Shown piece by piece: positions 50,801 through 63,000 of a stretch of DNA of 64,000 nt. The notes below the pieces were generated by a model. The model was not told the origin of the DNA. It was given only the letters and a program-made list of their open reading frames with translations, and searched no databases. A program made the translations under genes and the position numbers. Numbering within the stretch: position 1 is the stretch's first letter; the number at the start of each line of letters is the position of its first letter. Source of the DNA: a virus (Duplodnaviria; Caudoviricetes); the IMG/VR virus record IMGVR_UViG_3300021399_003599. One strand, given 5' to 3'.

Positions 50801-53800
50801 TTAAAAGATACAGATAACTATTATCGAGATTATGGTTTAATGGCTCCTACCTTTGGTGATGAGGATACAGTATCAGATTATGATAAAAGTTTTCTCTATA
50901 TTAGAAAAGCAAAAACCACTGATACAATGCCTTCTCTAGAAAAGAGTTGGGATTACTTATTTAGAGTAGATAGAGACGGTAATGTTTACACTAAAGGTAA
51001 TATGTATATTAATGACCAACTAGTACAAAGTGGTGGCAACTTTGTTAAAGTTAACGGTAATTCAACAATCACTGGTAAGCTTACTATTAGCCAAGGTTTA
51101 GCTGGAAATCTAAAATTCTCAGATGGTACTATATATAATGGTTCTGGAAATGAAACTATAACAATCTCTTATAGTAATGTTGGAGCCGCGGCAAGCGGAC
51201 ATAATCACGATAGTACCTACTTAAAACTTAGTGGTGGAGATATTACTGGTCCAGTAAGTTTTCAATCAAGTAGTTCTGCCATAGATTTAACAGATGGTAT
51301 TAATTTTAAAATTAACAATGCTGTCAATGGACATATAGGATTAAATAATTCTGGTCGTTTAGGTATTTATAGTAAAGATGCAGTTTATATCCAGCCCGGA
51401 GCTGGTACTATGAGTATTGATAATCATGGAATAAGTATTTCTACAACTGCTTTATCTCCAACAGCAAACAATATTCAGACATTAGGAACTTCTTCTCTTA
51501 AATGGAGCAATGTTTATGCTACAACCTTTACTGGTAATTTAAGCGGTAACGCCACAAGTGCGGGCAAAGCTACAAATGATAGCGATGGTAACGCAATTAA
51601 TACAACTTACTTAAAACGTAGCGGCGGAACTATGACAGGTAAACTTACCACTACAGATATTGATGTTAGTGATGAGTTAACTGTTAATGGAGATTTTTAT
51701 GCTAATGGTTCAAGCCATTTTGATAGTATAGATACCGGACAATTAGTAGTTACTGGTAATGCTTCATTTGCTAACGGAATAAGTGGAACAGCTTCAAATG
51801 CCTTAAAAGATAATAGAGATCAACAAATTGATAGTACTTATATCAAAGGATTGTCTGTAAGTGGAAAAACCATTACTTATACTAGAGGCGATGGAACAAC
51901 TGGAACTATCACTACACAAGATACGAATACAACGTATAGTGCTGGTACTGGTCTTACATTAAGTAGCACCACTTTCTCAGTAACTTCTGCTAATGTTTCA
52001 ACTATGATTAATCTTCTTAGCGAAGGAACTAGCCCCGCAAACAGAGAAGATTATGCAGTTGTACAATATGCAGGTGGCGGAACTTCGACTACTACTTATC
52101 ATCGTAGAAAATTAAGTAATGTTTTTGGAGCATTAAATAGTTCAGATATTACAAATGCTCTTGGATTTACTCCGTATAATGCAACTAATCCTAATGGATA
52201 TACAACTAATAAAGGTACAGTCACTTCTATTACGATAGGTGCTGGTGACGGTATTGCTATTGATGCTACAGGAGCTATTACAACAAGCGGAACTCGTACT
52301 ATTTCACACGGAGATACCTCTAGCCAAGCAAGTATTACCGCAAATGGTAGAACATATATTACAGGCGTTACATTAGACGATTATGGTCATGTTACCGGTT
52401 TAACAACTGGGACAGAAACAGTAACCAATACGCACAATACAGCTTATCTATATGCTGGAGCTTCTAATGGAACTGCGAACGCGGCAACTACAAATGGGAA
52501 TACCTATTTAATCCTTATAGATGGTGGAACTGCTACCACTAGAAGAAAAATAGCTGGTAATGGAACTGTTACAGTTGCTAGCAATGCGAGCGGTGATATT
52601 ACTATTACAGGAAGCGCGCACCCAACATCATTAAAGAATCCTAACGCTCTTAAACTTAATGTTTATAGTGGAACAACAACAGCAGCAACAACAACTTATG
52701 ATGGTAGCACAGCTAATCAAAGCGTTAATGTTGCTGGCAACAATGCTTTTACTGATGTTAGCGCTTCTGAAATTGGATCAGCTGGTAGCACAACATTTAC
52801 ATTTACAACAGCCGCAGGTGGAACAAAAACCCTTACAGTTGACATTACTGGTGCTGTTACAACAGGTGCTACAAAATTAACTGATACCGATGGAACAGCA
52901 ATAGCCGCAGGTGGAGCAACAACAACACCCGTTTATTTTGAAAATGGTCTCCCAGCAGAAGTAACATCAATTCCATATACTTTGATATCTGGAACTTCAA
53001 TGACGCTTAATGGTTCTTTAAATGCTTCTCCTTCTTGGTATGCTCCTACTACAGCAGGCACTTCTACATATGTACTTACTTCTTCTGGATCAGGCGCCCC
53101 AAGTTGGACTGCGCAAACAGCTTTAACAAGTGTTTTTCAAACTTTATCTTCAAGTACCAATACTCTTACTGTTAAAGTTGGAGGAACACAAAAAACTGCT
53201 AATTTAGTAAATTCAGTATCTAATACATGGACAGCAGGCACTACTACAGGACCAACTATTAAAACAGCAGTAAATGGAATTGAAGGAACAGCCATCGCTA
53301 TCCCTTCTGCTACAGGTTCCGCATCTGGAGTTGTAACTACTACTACTCAAACTTTTGCAGGAGTAAAAACTTTTAGTAATACAACTGCTTCAACATCTAC
53401 AACGACAGGAGCTGTTTTAATTTCTGGTGGCGCAGGAATAGCAGGACGAGTTACTGCATCTGAAATTAATGCTACTAGAACAATGGTTGTTTCTGCAGGT
53501 AAAGTATATAGCAATATTAGTGGAAGCAATGTAATTCTTCCTGCAAAAACATCTATGTTATTTGCTAATGGTTTAGCTATTGCTAACCCTGGATTAGCGG
53601 CAGCAAATGATGTAGGATGGATACGAGTAACAGGTACCAGTGAATCAGACATGGTGTTAGAAATTGCAACAGGAGATGATGCGGGCGCGGGCGAAGCAAT
53701 AACAGTTAGACAATATAACACCAGCAATGCAATTGCAAAAGAAATTTATCTATTAAATACAGATGGTAATAGTGTAATGCGTAATATTCTACCCGGTACG

Positions 53801-54988
53801 AATAATACTTATTCATTAGGTAATACTTCACATTACTGGGCAAATGCATATATTACAAATGTACATATAGGTACACAAGATAGCTATGGTAGCTCAACAA
53901 CTCCAATATATTGGAATTCAGGAGTACCAACCGCATCAACCGCTACTGTTGGAGCTTTATACAATCCAATCTACTTAAATGGAGGAACATTAACACCATC
54001 TAATGGTTACACAATTGAATATATAGTAGGCACGCAAACTGAAGCTACTGGCACTTGGACAGGAATAACACAAGATTCTGAGCTTTATATTGGAAAAATG
54101 ATTGCATATAAATTACCAAAAGCTGGTAGTGGTAACGCTACTTTAACATTAACAATGGCAGATAATTCTACAACTGCAGCAATACCAGTTTATGCAGGCA
54201 CAGTCCGATTAACTACTCATTATGGAGCAGAGAGTGTTCTAATCATGACTTATGATGGAACAGCTTGGCGTACTAACCCATATTATAATACTAACACCAA
54301 TACTTTACTACGTGTTTATTCAAGTGCTACAAACCTTGATGTTCCATTAATTGGACAAAGCTCTGCTAATAGCACAACAGCTGCTTGGGCAAATTATACA
54401 GGAACATATAAAGATTGGTATGGAGCTATTCCTAATGATAATAGTTTACGACCAAAGATGAATTTGTCAACAGGTGTTTTAACGGTTCCAGGAGGAATCG
54501 TCGGTAACGCTAGTACTGCAACAGCATTTAATTCATCTCGAACAATTACTTTAACAGGGGACATTGGCGGTTCAAATTCAGCAACAGGAGCTTCTGGATG
54601 GAGTATTGCAACAACTCTTGCTAATTCAGGTGTTACAGCTGGCACATATGGCCTGACTGCTAATGCCACACCTGGGTATGGAGCCACTTTTAATGTTCCT
54701 GAAATTATAGTAGATGCAAAAGGTAGAGTAACTAGTGCTGCAACTCATACTGTAAAAATTCCTGCATCTGATAATACAGACACTAAAAACACTGCAGGAA
54801 GTACTAATAGCGATTCTAAGCTATTCTTAATTGGCGCGGGTTCTCAAGCAGCTAATCCACAAACATATTCAGATAGTGATGTTTATACCACAAATGGAAC
54901 ATTGAGAGCTTTAAAATATAAAGTTGCAAATAATGTTATTTTAGAATACGATGAATCAGCTGAATGTTTAAACTTCGTGTTTGACTAG
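41816..54988 (+). CDS. Giant modular tail fibre/host-specificity protein (4390 aa)
   Basis: Coiled-coil segments, collagen-like Gly-X-Y tract, five IGG(R/K)NL...KLE(K/R)G..AT.W.PAPED carbohydrate-binding-like modules, several duplicated modules, T/G/S-rich beta-repeat C-terminal half. Confidence 0.85.
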   Translation: MAKIFKDGIEIANTTPISNNINDTSTEHVPSMAVIDELSKNVEDAIEEAVAPLATKEELQAVEDHVEDIDADVQNIYNSFATKLELNEVSANQAEIEDLIASKADIDDLTAAVGRINTLESNSITTATFEAEQGRVNNLIAGKLDSGSLTAIEGDIENLKAKDIATDEILAQKASVQDLTAANGRINTLETTTASINQALIDKASVSSLSAVQATIDSLDSTYMTTDFSNANVSWINQGTIASGAIGTAQIADGAITSAKIGSLDAGKITTGKLNAANVEITNLNADNITVGTINGQRIGNASIDLNKLSTEVPTKEAFDNAIDRLSDQISGAIESWSGPYDPSFGNEPANAWLDDETRHDHIGDIFYNTETGKSYRFVDNGNGEYAWTLIRDNDLQQALADIASQGGQIDRIDQDYWSFKTDVNGELDEVKGKMTTVEGKITTAEANASDAVTTANAAMAKSGIKSTEVVYQTGASATSAPTGTWYSTPQPVQPGEFLWTRTTVVYNDDTQTVSYSVGSQGADGAPGPAGAQGPAGPQGEKGEDGAQGPKGDPGEKGEDGAPGPKGDPGEKGEKGDPGEKGADGEKGEKGDKGDKGDRGYDVSDARIQYYLSTSNSELQGGSWSDTPPAFVEGCFYWERLATTLSDGTTKYSNPVISKELNEAYLQIKNTSTTLSQTIDTVNEHGRSITTLGQTVATKVDGDEFNTYKTTTTNAINNVKQTADANSADITSLTQTVTDNETDIENKYSSLVQTVNGLTSRVGATESSITTINGNMEQIRIGGRNLLLNTAESINATDIGFDWNLSTAIADVTENDPIVLSGYIKTTSDHWFDAYWVSEDTAYPGSLNVFQHIDTPNTWVRFELGAIAGIRAATATKLHIRLNNAQQGQATSHTVELRNLKLERGTRATDWTPAPEDTVASINAINTTVNQQQTEINQTKEAIELRATKQEVTNVSNKLNNDYYNKSAIDSKFSVSEEGILASVGSNYATKSSVDVLTPELIVGTHGTTATATWTGTSQFLTEIKAGTRIQYKLSSPGAANVTLNLRLKDDANNNPVTTGPKSVYYNGTTRLGTQYDKGAIVDLVYDGTSWYVSNPYTNTTYDLGEVRWSNAVSALEDIAAGVIICGTSDGYKRVAANISFNLAYPILWTPSVIHDGRTSTDTYISHPSTNFSTTATVQGGSANLTVYLKGALVGNVFTIAATNFLTTIQPTEADGMYYIPLGLLSDSTTGYFQSSDRLYAFINGQFQPVDLAAKGTADKAANDLANYKTTVENTYLTQASWNTTKEGIDGKFSSIESNVTNITTNLSNLQDENVAGSLASRLKTAEAGIQANKEGIDLRYTKNEVDSLKSNLQNDIATVQSNLDNLEIGGRNLVPSATLKARGMASGGEFSGNTYECTLTKCVSGNATSLIFDKIFEPGTYTLNFKYDINGDPKPIGGATHRMIASVQVDDGYTDNSTYASHLGESHGYWKYIKPPYTFTLTESAKLGINFVNSTSNAEITVHEIKLEKGNRATDWTPAPEDMDAANSVLAERVTQTEAALTVGDGMISSVASYVENAKQEAISSANNNTTTQLANYTTTTDMNSVIDAKTGTMKDTIESNIASTYQTKTEAANAATALQQTLQGMQDQIDGAIETWSYAGVPTNSNAPAVDWDNDTLKDAHVGDLYFDTDTNKTYRYKKEGNTYSWGEITDSEISAVSALASSKKRIFTATPTSPYDIGDLWIQGANGDIKYAKVAKTKDQAYAAADWDLASKYTDDSELNNFKTNTFETYKTEVTKALDNVSIDVSKKIRQEVAGPQLNLLDNANKVYDYGTGNGTIDKTNYDSNRSVVITKTATNANAWGFYCTLYSAYAGNTNYTVKFNMRQHADSANNITRIHFYSTNPNNTATSVVYIDGVNVGQVNENIEFDFSDKTYHEIEVKFKSITSPTTGVERGLGCTIMRSLAGTWKAEITNLMWTKDADVDEYSAHSTFKVMSDNISSKVSANGVISSINQSPEEITIDADRVNINGAAIFTSGRLSESSLNSAYDSKGSAATAESNAKTAAQGYATTAQSNAISAAATDATSKANAAEAAAKQDTATKLQSYSTTEQMNTAIGTAVDNIEIGGKNLLFKTNNEYTATVNSYYYAEFTYQNNLLIKNQYHLQPDVTYTFSADVESTIEPFSLTIGVGTGGYSKDIADSTSKLYNGRVSITFTPTESQLASYDIFAFRTPRYGSKKDFTYKVGHIKLEKGTKATDWTPAPEDVEEEIAAANAEEQTIYIPAASLTSSITTPTTWVTKSNANGKTSEWSINRPPYDSSLPILFVATQRKTVGGAITCTTPVKDDTTTIIDGGHIITGTIDANKLNANDVKANIVQTTKILASQIDANVITTSMLPDDVKNSNIEIGGRNLLHNTEWNEQTIQRFINGVPAVGQALGQWYKETATTISINNNYMIMTAPSGQTARYGIVQDVYLTTGTYVFSIDNGEANGTGFACGRETFPTSITSRIIQNTGFYSYLINISEDNYYRFYLFDSGGSTELFTGQHVKLEKGNKATDWSPAPEDVNQNITNAINNIHIGGRNLLKFTSKPTLSNTYTKNSSALDWTSWTRYTTAVTLEKTAEGVKVTHNTTSTSDGLVIPFVYDNAVIGKEEVTISFEYRSNMTSIGIPYLLRKTKANVPLGTPLTITASETDWVPFTATITFPTTAGDDVNALLLTYVTTSGGWIEFKDKTVKLEKGNKATEWTPAPEDTDTALAAIENTANMQEQLIYISKAKNTTSVSVNNTWVADASGAQGKWTTKRPKYDSSYPVLFVATQRKTLGGTVTCTTPMIDDTTTVIDGGNIITGTVTAGAINAQSGTFNVANIPDLTAEKITSGELKSANFSDAGAVGTPYSFKGTKLDLNTGNFYTPAFGIVNSTTGMNAGIGVGLYLNDGFVARSGKLGWSENNYWDIATAPLLTTGLTTNEDDTTGLVATGNALINVGELILESNDDTGNRSSLHTGTVTKNSTGYTKTYLKDTDNYYRDYGLMAPTFGDEDTVSDYDKSFLYIRKAKTTDTMPSLEKSWDYLFRVDRDGNVYTKGNMYINDQLVQSGGNFVKVNGNSTITGKLTISQGLAGNLKFSDGTIYNGSGNETITISYSNVGAAASGHNHDSTYLKLSGGDITGPVSFQSSSSAIDLTDGINFKINNAVNGHIGLNNSGRLGIYSKDAVYIQPGAGTMSIDNHGISISTTALSPTANNIQTLGTSSLKWSNVYATTFTGNLSGNATSAGKATNDSDGNAINTTYLKRSGGTMTGKLTTTDIDVSDELTVNGDFYANGSSHFDSIDTGQLVVTGNASFANGISGTASNALKDNRDQQIDSTYIKGLSVSGKTITYTRGDGTTGTITTQDTNTTYSAGTGLTLSSTTFSVTSANVSTMINLLSEGTSPANREDYAVVQYAGGGTSTTTYHRRKLSNVFGALNSSDITNALGFTPYNATNPNGYTTNKGTVTSITIGAGDGIAIDATGAITTSGTRTISHGDTSSQASITANGRTYITGVTLDDYGHVTGLTTGTETVTNTHNTAYLYAGASNGTANAATTNGNTYLILIDGGTATTRRKIAGNGTVTVASNASGDITITGSAHPTSLKNPNALKLNVYSGTTTAATTTYDGSTANQSVNVAGNNAFTDVSASEIGSAGSTTFTFTTAAGGTKTLTVDITGAVTTGATKLTDTDGTAIAAGGATTTPVYFENGLPAEVTSIPYTLISGTSMTLNGSLNASPSWYAPTTAGTSTYVLTSSGSGAPSWTAQTALTSVFQTLSSSTNTLTVKVGGTQKTANLVNSVSNTWTAGTTTGPTIKTAVNGIEGTAIAIPSATGSASGVVTTTTQTFAGVKTFSNTTASTSTTTGAVLISGGAGIAGRVTASEINATRTMVVSAGKVYSNISGSNVILPAKTSMLFANGLAIANPGLAAANDVGWIRVTGTSESDMVLEIATGDDAGAGEAITVRQYNTSNAIAKEIYLLNTDGNSVMRNILPGTNNTYSLGNTSHYWANAYITNVHIGTQDSYGSSTTPIYWNSGVPTASTATVGALYNPIYLNGGTLTPSNGYTIEYIVGTQTEATGTWTGITQDSELYIGKMIAYKLPKAGSGNATLTLTMADNSTTAAIPVYAGTVRLTTHYGAESVLIMTYDGTAWRTNPYYNTNTNTLLRVYSSATNLDVPLIGQSSANSTTAAWANYTGTYKDWYGAIPNDNSLRPKMNLSTGVLTVPGGIVGNASTATAFNSSRTITLTGDIGGSNSATGASGWSIATTLANSGVTAGTYGLTANATPGYGATFNVPEIIVDAKGRVTSAATHTVKIPASDNTDTKNTAGSTNSDSKLFLIGAGSQAANPQTYSDSDVYTTNGTLRALKYKVANNVILEYDESAECLNFVFD
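43379..43615 (+). repeat. Collagen-like Gly-X-Y repeat tract
   Basis: [25 protein letters not shown]...GDKGDRG with a 45-bp internal duplication; locally GC-rich. Confidence 0.95.
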
Positions 54989-55000
54989 GACAAAATTTTA

Positions 55001-55020
55001 TTATACAATTAATTGTATAA
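55001..55020. promoter_or_regulatory. 20-bp perfect palindrome (operator-like)
   Basis: TTATACAATTAATTGTATAA in the intergenic region. Confidence 0.5.
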
Positions 55021-55040
55021 TTAAAATATATATAAAAAGG

Positions 55041-55078
55041 AGGGAGGTAGCAGGCGGGATGCCCTACCTCCCTTTTTT
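55041..55078 (+). terminator. Terminator/attenuator-like hairpin
   Basis: AGGGAGGTAG...CTACCTCCCT followed by a T-run, just upstream of the next RBS. Confidence 0.7.
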
Positions 55079-55095
55079 AATTTGAAAGGAGGAAA

Positions 55096-56913
55096 ATGTC
55101 TTTACGTGTTTGGCTTCCTTTAAATGGAGATTTAAAAAACCAAGGATTAGATGATGTAACTGTTATAAATAATGGAGCTACTGTAAATAGTTCTGGTAAA
55201 ATAGGTAGTTGTTATTATTTTGATGGTAGTGATGATTATATTTCTTTAGGTAACATCAGTAATTATTTTACTGGAAATAATTTTTCTATTAGCTTTTGGA
55301 TAAAAAGTCTTGAAAATACAACTAGAGGAGTTGTTTTTTCTAGTTATGGATTATCTAGTACTGCTAATTTTTTTAGTCTTGAAATAAACAGCGGAACTGT
55401 CACAAACAACTCTTTACGTTTTGACTGGGTAGGTAGTGATATTTACTATACAGATGCAAATAGCATAACATATAATATTTGGTTGCATATCGCAATAACA
55501 TATGATGGTACATATATAAAAACTTATCAAAATGGAATACTAATAAAAAATGTTACTAAAACTTTGGCAGGGATTACTACTGGAAACACTTATTACTTAG
55601 GAAGAGATAATAGGACAGGATCCACTTCTTTTAATGGCTATTTAAATGATTTTAGAGTTTACGACCATTGTCTATCACCTAAAGAAGTTAAGCTATTAGC
55701 TCAAGGCTTAGTATGCCATTATCCTTTAAATAATAATGGTCAAGGTAATTGGAATTTATTAACTGGAACTAAAGATTTTAGTGGATGGTATATTAATACT
55801 ACTATGAAAGTTGACGGAGATGTTTTTACCTATGAAGCTCATACTTCTAAAGCATGGCATGCTTTAAGTTCTCCTGTGATTCCTTTTTCTGATATTGTAG
55901 GCAAAGATTTAACCATATCTTTTGAAGCTAGATCTGATGATCAAGATTCTTTACCAGATGGAAATTATCCTGAATTGACATTAGTCATAAAAAACACAGG
56001 TCCACAAGCAACAAATTATAATACTAGAATACGAGAACAAATACTCGTAAAAAGTTTACCTGCTACAAATAATTGGAAAAGATATAGTTATACCATGAAA
56101 AATATTACTTTAGATAGTTTTTCTACAGTACATAATAATAATAGCCCTGATTGGGTTGGAGTTATGATGTGGCTATATCAATTACCTTCTGTTCAATTTA
56201 GACATTTCAAAATGGAATTTGGGGATAAAGCAACTCCTTGGTGCGTAGCTCAATCTGAAGCTCCAGATGATATAGTATATGACACATCAGGTTATTGCTT
56301 CAATGGTACTGCTAAAGGCACATTAACCACATTAAGTGATACACCGCGATACAATGTAAGTACATATTTTGGATCAGGTAATAATTATATTGATATTGGT
56401 TTAGCTAGTATTCGTCCAAAAGACGAAATAACTGTTTCAATGTGGGTTAAATATACTACATGGGGAACAGCTATATCTTGCACTGAAGGCGGAGGTTGGA
56501 ATTTTGAAAATGGAACCAATGGTATTCGATTTCCTGTCTATGTTTATGGAGTAGGATATAAATATACTGATTCAGACGTAAAACCAGCAGCTTTAAGTGA
56601 TGGCAACTGGCATCTGTTAACAGGAACTATGGATTCTACTAATATAAAATTTTATGTTGACGGTGAATTAAAAACCACCACCGCTAAAGGTAGTACTAAC
56701 GGTATTGGTTATAATACAAGTAATCATATTCATATTGGTGCTGAGGCCGCAGGCGGTGAAAATATTGCTTCCGCAGCTTATGTGGGTAGCATAAGCGATG
56801 TTCGCATTTATTGTACCGCCCTTTCTGCGGAAGACATCCTTGAACTTTATAACATCGGAGCCTCCATCGATAATGATGGTAATTTATACGCCGCAATGAT
56901 TCAGGAGTCATAA
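55096..56913 (+). CDS. LamG/concanavalin-like lectin domain tail protein (two LamG domains and a CBM-like module)
   Basis: FDGSDDYI, FSISFWIK, WLHIAITYDG, LNDFRVYDHCLS; second copy ITVSMWVK, WHLLTGT, ISDVRIY. Confidence 0.85.
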   Translation: MSLRVWLPLNGDLKNQGLDDVTVINNGATVNSSGKIGSCYYFDGSDDYISLGNISNYFTGNNFSISFWIKSLENTTRGVVFSSYGLSSTANFFSLEINSGTVTNNSLRFDWVGSDIYYTDANSITYNIWLHIAITYDGTYIKTYQNGILIKNVTKTLAGITTGNTYYLGRDNRTGSTSFNGYLNDFRVYDHCLSPKEVKLLAQGLVCHYPLNNNGQGNWNLLTGTKDFSGWYINTTMKVDGDVFTYEAHTSKAWHALSSPVIPFSDIVGKDLTISFEARSDDQDSLPDGNYPELTLVIKNTGPQATNYNTRIREQILVKSLPATNNWKRYSYTMKNITLDSFSTVHNNNSPDWVGVMMWLYQLPSVQFRHFKMEFGDKATPWCVAQSEAPDDIVYDTSGYCFNGTAKGTLTTLSDTPRYNVSTYFGSGNNYIDIGLASIRPKDEITVSMWVKYTTWGTAISCTEGGGWNFENGTNGIRFPVYVYGVGYKYTDSDVKPAALSDGNWHLLTGTMDSTNIKFYVDGELKTTTAKGSTNGIGYNTSNHIHIGAEAAGGENIASAAYVGSISDVRIYCTALSAEDILELYNIGASIDNDGNLYAAMIQES

Positions 56914-58148
56914 TGTCAGATCCAACTAACTTAATATATAATGGTGATTTTTCACAAGGTACTGATTCATGGACTGGTGGTAGTAATTTATCTGTATCAA
57001 ATGGTGTATTAACAGTAACAGGAGACTTACATCAAGATATTTATATTCCAACAGCAACAGATAGACGTTATCGTTTAACATATGATTTAAAAGTAACCAA
57101 TAATGACGGTAGTAATTCTTTTTATATTGCTTTATATCCCTACGATAATATGCATAATTTTATTAGTATAGCTAATGTTAATCGATATTCTAATACCGCT
57201 ACTACACTCGCAGCGGCTCTTAATCCTGGTAATACAACTGTTTCATTAACGAGCTCCGCGAATTGGACAGCAAATAAAAAACTTGGTATTTGTGATAAAT
57301 TAGCTTGGGGATATTATCGAGCAACTAATATTTATAATTATACTACAATTTCTGGAAATACAATTACGTTATCGGCTGCATATAATGGTACTGCGAAAGC
57401 CGCAGGAACAAAAGTAGAATCTTTTACTAGTGGAGGAGGTTATTATTATCCTCATTATTTAAATAATTCTCATTTGCCGACAGAATGGACAACTTACTCA
57501 GTTGAATTTAATGGCGGTAATAATATGAGATATTCATGTCAATATTTTCGTTTCTGTACTCTTGGATATAGTCACACATATCAAATGCGAAATATACGTT
57601 TAGAATGTATTTCAAACTCTCAGTTTTGTCCAAAAGAAACACCTAATGTAAACATTACTAAACAGAGTGAAGTATTTGCCAATAGGTTCGATGAAGTAGG
57701 TATGAAGATTAGATATGTGCGGGACACCATACATGGAAGTACTGCAAATGGAGCTAACCATTGGTGTGAGGTTAAAATTTTTAATGATGTAGGAGAAAAC
57801 CTTGCATGGGGTCACACCTTTACAGAAAATGGTACTCACACTGATGGGAAGTGTGTTGATGGTATTGTAGATAACAGTTATTATGATGCTAGTACTCGCA
57901 CTACAATAACTTTTGACCTTGGCTATGTTGAAAATATTGAAAAGATTCAAATATGGCATTATTATCCTGATGGCCGCACTTACTATAATAATGTAACAGA
58001 AGTATCTGTTGATGGTACGAATTGGATTCCTGTTTATCAAGGTGAAAAACCTGAAACGAGTGCGGGCAACACGATATATTTATACCCCCATCAAGCACAA
58101 ATATATAAAGCAGGCATTATTAAAGCTAAAGACTTTTACGAGATTTAA
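56913..58148 (+). CDS. Carbohydrate-binding protein with discoidin (F5/8 type C)-like domain
   Basis: N-terminal NLIYNGDFSQG..W; C-terminal TITFDLG...IQIW...EVSVDGTNW. Confidence 0.7.
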   Translation: MSDPTNLIYNGDFSQGTDSWTGGSNLSVSNGVLTVTGDLHQDIYIPTATDRRYRLTYDLKVTNNDGSNSFYIALYPYDNMHNFISIANVNRYSNTATTLAAALNPGNTTVSLTSSANWTANKKLGICDKLAWGYYRATNIYNYTTISGNTITLSAAYNGTAKAAGTKVESFTSGGGYYYPHYLNNSHLPTEWTTYSVEFNGGNNMRYSCQYFRFCTLGYSHTYQMRNIRLECISNSQFCPKETPNVNITKQSEVFANRFDEVGMKIRYVRDTIHGSTANGANHWCEVKIFNDVGENLAWGHTFTENGTHTDGKCVDGIVDNSYYDASTRTTITFDLGYVENIEKIQIWHYYPDGRTYYNNVTEVSVDGTNWIPVYQGEKPETSAGNTIYLYPHQAQIYKAGIIKAKDFYEI

Positions 58149-58154
58149 ACACTA

Positions 58155-58183
58155 TTGACTTTTTAATTATTTTTTGATACAAT
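58155..58183 (+). promoter_or_regulatory. SigmaA/70-type promoter
   Basis: TTGACT-17 bp-TACAAT with extended TG. Confidence 0.7.
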
Positions 58184-58215
58184 AATTAAAACTGTAAATA
58201 AAATAAGGAGGGTAT

Positions 58216-59049
58216 ATGGCTAATTTTACTGTAAGAGTTGATGAATCTGATGATAAAATATTTGAACTAAATAACTTTAGCGCGAATATTTTTGAAGCTA
58301 ATCAAACTTTTTCAATTAATTCAAGCAATCTAGGACAAGTTAAAAACGCTTTCGCGCATTTTCACAAGCTTGAAGTTTTTCATGAGAACCAATTAATTGC
58401 GGAATATGCTATGTTTAATAGCTATGATAATATTTCTTATCGTGGTGAAAGCTTTAATGCTGCTACAAATACTTTCTATGATAACCTTGAAGTTATTTTA
58501 ACTAAAGTTAATCTTGTTGAGCAAGTAGAAGCGCTTAATGCGCAGATTAATCCTATTATCGATATGGATGCTATGTCTCTCCAAGAGCTAAAGCAATATA
58601 AGCTAGATCTTATCGGTGCTGCTTGTCAGCAAGACGTATATAATGGAATTGACATTGATACCTCTATTGGAGTACATCATTATTCTTATCAACCAGAAGA
58701 TCAACGTAATCTTGATTCATTTATTACTACGATGCTTTTGTGCGGGCAACTCAGTGTTACAAGCGTAACTGAATTACCTTATCACTATGATGGTGGTATT
58801 TGCGAGCTTATGCCTGTATCTGATATCTTTATTATCTTCAGCCAGATGAAGGCTGCACTTGTTTCAAAGATTACTTATGGTAACCTTCTTAAAACGATGA
58901 TTCGTCATTCAGAAGATGTTGAATGGCTCAAAGCTGTTAAGTATGGTGATGATCTATCCCCTGAATATCAAGTTGTTCTTAATTCTATTAACACCTCAAC
59001 TGCCACAGCTATGACGCAAATTCAAAACGCTCTTAACCCCGAGGATTAA
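58216..59049 (+). CDS. Tail-fibre-associated protein (DUF4376-like C-terminal domain)
   Basis: LKQYKL..IGAACQQDVYNGIDI...HYSYQPEDQRNL...PYH pattern; location. Confidence 0.55.
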   Translation: MANFTVRVDESDDKIFELNNFSANIFEANQTFSINSSNLGQVKNAFAHFHKLEVFHENQLIAEYAMFNSYDNISYRGESFNAATNTFYDNLEVILTKVNLVEQVEALNAQINPIIDMDAMSLQELKQYKLDLIGAACQQDVYNGIDIDTSIGVHHYSYQPEDQRNLDSFITTMLLCGQLSVTSVTELPYHYDGGICELMPVSDIFIIFSQMKAALVSKITYGNLLKTMIRHSEDVEWLKAVKYGDDLSPEYQVVLNSINTSTATAMTQIQNALNPED

Positions 59050-59051
59050 TT

Positions 59052-59513
59052 ATGAAAAGAGAACTATTCCTAAAATACATAACTCTATTTTGCATAGGAG
59101 CTTTTTTATATACGACAATAGAGATATGTTTTAGAGGGTATAGTTTTTATGCGATGATGCTTTTAGGTGGCGCTCTTTTCGTTGCTATTGATAGTATCAA
59201 CGATTATCTTCCCTGGGATCTTGATTTAACTATTCAAGCTCTTATAGGAGCAAGCTTAATAACTTTATCTGAATTAATTATTGGTGAGGTTACTAAGCTT
59301 GCGGGCGCTGCTCCTATGTGGGATTATAGTAATCTTCCTTTTAATTTTGATAGTGTTATTTGTATACCATTCTTTTTAATTTGGATTTTACTAAGCGTCG
59401 CCGCAATTATACTCTCAGATTCAATAAACTATTATTTACTTCATATCGAAGATGTTCCTCAATATAAAATATTTAATAAAGAAATTAGATTTCCGGAAAT
59501 AAAAGGAGAATAA
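59052..59513 (+). CDS. Four-TM membrane protein (DUF1113/CmpB-like)
   Basis: Hydrophobic helices; IE..FRGYS...GG, ELIIG, WDYSNLPFNF...IC. Confidence 0.7.
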   Translation: MKRELFLKYITLFCIGAFLYTTIEICFRGYSFYAMMLLGGALFVAIDSINDYLPWDLDLTIQALIGASLITLSELIIGEVTKLAGAAPMWDYSNLPFNFDSVICIPFFLIWILLSVAAIILSDSINYYLLHIEDVPQYKIFNKEIRFPEIKGE

Positions 59514-59993
59514 ATGAATACCAAAGATATAGAATTAACAACCGCAGAAGTTGTAAATCTCGTTAGTTTCTTCAACCAAGAGAATGAAGATCAAAAGACA
59601 AACGATAAAGCTTTTTTCAATACACTTCCTAATTTAATGCTTTGGAAGCTTCGCCGCAATATAAAGACTCTAGAGCCTACCGCGCAAGAGTTTGAATCAA
59701 TGAAAGACTCTATGCAATCTGATATTCAAATTAAATGGTTTGATGAAGAGCATTCTGATCCTGTTGAAGAAGAAGGACAAGAGAACGTTCGCCGCATTAA
59801 ACCCGAGTATCTTGACGAATATCAAAAGGTAATAGCGGAAGCTAATGCAAAGTTAAATGAAGTCCTTGACGAAAAAGAAACATATACAATTCAAACAATG
59901 GATATGAATACTGAAATTGAAAATTGTATTGAAAATATTGATTCTAAGGACTTTGATAAAATTGAAATGTTAATGTTCATGGACAACGAATAA
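59514..59993 (+). CDS. Acidic hypothetical protein
   Basis: 159 aa, AAGGAG RBS. Confidence 0.7.
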   Translation: MNTKDIELTTAEVVNLVSFFNQENEDQKTNDKAFFNTLPNLMLWKLRRNIKTLEPTAQEFESMKDSMQSDIQIKWFDEEHSDPVEEEGQENVRRIKPEYLDEYQKVIAEANAKLNEVLDEKETYTIQTMDMNTEIENCIENIDSKDFDKIEMLMFMDNE

Positions 59994-60022
59994 GCGTCCT
60001 ATTATCCAAGAGGAGGTAAGAT

Positions 60023-63000
60023 ATGGCTATACTTGGTGACCTCTTGGTTCAAGGAAGCTCACGTTTTTTACAACATATTTACGCATCAAGCTTAACAATA
60101 AGTGATGATTTCACGGCAACTGGTGATTTAAATGTTGGTGGAGCTGCTACAATTGCGGGAACGCTTACATTAACTAAAAATACAGGTTTAGCTTATAACT
60201 CCAATACTGGTCCTGCATTAATTGTAGGAGGTCTTGCAAGCGCACAACATCTTGAGTTTGACCCAAATGAGATTCAAAGCAAATCAAATGCTAGCACAAC
60301 GGCAGACTTATATTTAAATGCTGGAGGGAATAAAGTTGTTATTGGAGTAAGCAGTGCTACCACGGAAGTTCTTAATGTAAGAGGCAAAGCTACATTCGCG
60401 CAACCGGTTACTTTTTCAAGCGCAGTTACTCATAGTAGTAATTTAACAGTTAATGGCACAACTTCATTAAAGGGTACTGGTGTTAGTGGTACTTTAAGTG
60501 TTTCTGGATTAACTACAATTCAAAATTCTTTAATTGTTGAAGAAGAAATTCGTTCTCCTAAATGGATTATTGATAATATAGCTAATCTTGGTGGCGAATT
60601 TGTCGTTGCTCCAACTATTGTTTGCACAGAACCCACTGTTGCAGTTAGTGGTACAACTATTACAATTACAGACTCTAGTATCACTGGTGCTGAGTTCGCG
60701 GGAACTACTTGGACAAATGGTTCAATAGTTAAAGTATCAGGAACAATTAAGAATGTTGTACTAACTAGTGTTAATGGTACTATGACCCGTGAATTGAATG
60801 CTACAACTACACATACAATTCAATTTACTGTTCCTAGTGGGACTACACTTCCCGCGAATGGAACTTATAGTGGAGCAAATGTTAAAAATCTTCATATTAT
60901 GCTATATAAAAGAGGAGGAACTGCTCCTGTTGGTATTTTCATGACCTCATATGGTAATACCAAAAAACCATATATTGAAATATATGATGGTACTCTTGAA
61001 GCAAATCAAACTTTTTATACCCCTAGAGTAAGACTTGGTCATTTAGCTAACTTAAAAAATAGTGCTGGCACACAAGTTACTATTAATGGATTAACCCCTG
61101 AAGGATGGGGATTATACACCGATAGAGGATATTTTAGCGGTGTTATTGTTTCTAAACAAGGCAATATCGGAGGATGGACTATCGATGATGCCGCTCTATA
61201 TAAAGGAACAGATAGTTTAGATTCTAAAACAAAAGGTTTATTTTTAGGCACAAATGGTATCAGAAATTATGAATCTGATACTCAATATGTTAATATTACA
61301 GCGGGTAAAATTACTGCTTTAGGTGTTGATCTTACTGGAGAGATAACAGCTACAAGTGGAACCATCGGTGGTCTTACAATTAAAAATTCTTATATTACTA
61401 GTAATACAAGTAAAACAACTTATAACAATACAAGCGTTGACGGAGTATTTATTGGTCCAACCGGTATTGGATTAGGTAAAGGTAAATTTTATGTCTCTAA
61501 TGCAGGCGCTTTAACAGCTACATCAGGAACAATAGCTGGATGGACTATTGGAGCTAATACAATATCTCATGGCACACTTGGTGCGACTAATGGTTATATG
61601 TTAAATTCTGCTGGCAATAGTAGTACAACTATTAATAATACCTCAAAAACAAATTGGGCTTTAACTATTGGCAATAAATTTGGTGTTGATAATGAAGGTA
61701 ATTTATACGCTAATGGTGCTAATATTACTAATATAACAATTGGTAATACTGATCTTCAAATTGGTGGAAAAAATTTACTTGGTAATACTGGAAATTCTAA
61801 GGTTACAATTCTTAACAACTCAAGTACTTCTGCTACTTTTATGAGTATTGGAAATTATAATGATGCTGAAACATTATATTCATTTATAAATTATGATGGT
61901 TATTCAAATGCTATATCTGTAGGCTCTTCTACAAGTACAGGTAATAGAGGAGTTTCATGGTATACAAAACCAGGAAAAATAATTGCTGGACAAAAGTATA
62001 CGTTTTCTTGTAAAATAAAATGTTCTGTTGCTACTAGTGTTCACATGCATACTGCTTGGCGTAATGGTTCTGCCACAGCTGTTTATACTGGATGGACGTC
62101 TGAAGGTGTAAAAGCAATTTCTGCTAATGTTTGGACTGATTATGTATGTACTTTTACCCCAAATAGTAGCGCAAATCTTAATTATGAATTCCTTGTTGCT
62201 ATTTGTATTACAGGAGTATCTGGAGGAGCAATATATCAAGTTGCTCATGCTAAACTTGAAAAAGGGAATATAGCTACTGCTTGGACACCGGCTCCTGAAG
62301 ATACTGTTAATGGAGGAGGGGAAAATTTATTAAAGAAAGATTATACTGCCTTTAATCAAACAAGCTATCTCGTTTATAACATTCCAACAACTGTATCTTT
62401 AACGGAAATGGGAGAAGGAACAATCTTAACCTTTCAAGCCTGGGGAGTCGTTCCTGATAATAATAGCTCTGGTATTTATGTTTATTGGGGCGGAGGATCA
62501 ATTAATCTTTTTAATAAAATGCTTCCTGATGAAAATGGATATATATGTCAAACAATTACAATAACTTCTTCACAAGCATCTCATTCTAATGCGAGTAATA
62601 AATTTATTCATATTTATAATTTTGTATCTGGTCATAGCGGTATGAATTTAACTATTGATCATTGGAAGCTCGAACAAGGAAGTATTCCAACTCCTTGGTC
62701 GCTTGCATCAGAAGACGTTGATTATTCAATAACTCACATTGATGGTGGTAACATTACAACAGGTAATATTTCAGCAGACCGTATAAAGACAAATTTATTG
62801 ACAGCTATAAATGCTTCAATAACTAAATTATCTGCGTTAACAGCTACTATTGGTGGTTTTACTATTAAAGATACGTATATTACCAGTAACACCAATAAAA
62901 CAACCTATAATAACACAAGTGTTGATGGAGTATTTATTGGAACAACAGGCATCGGATTAGGCAAGGGTAAATTTTATGTATCTAACACAGGCGCTTTAAC

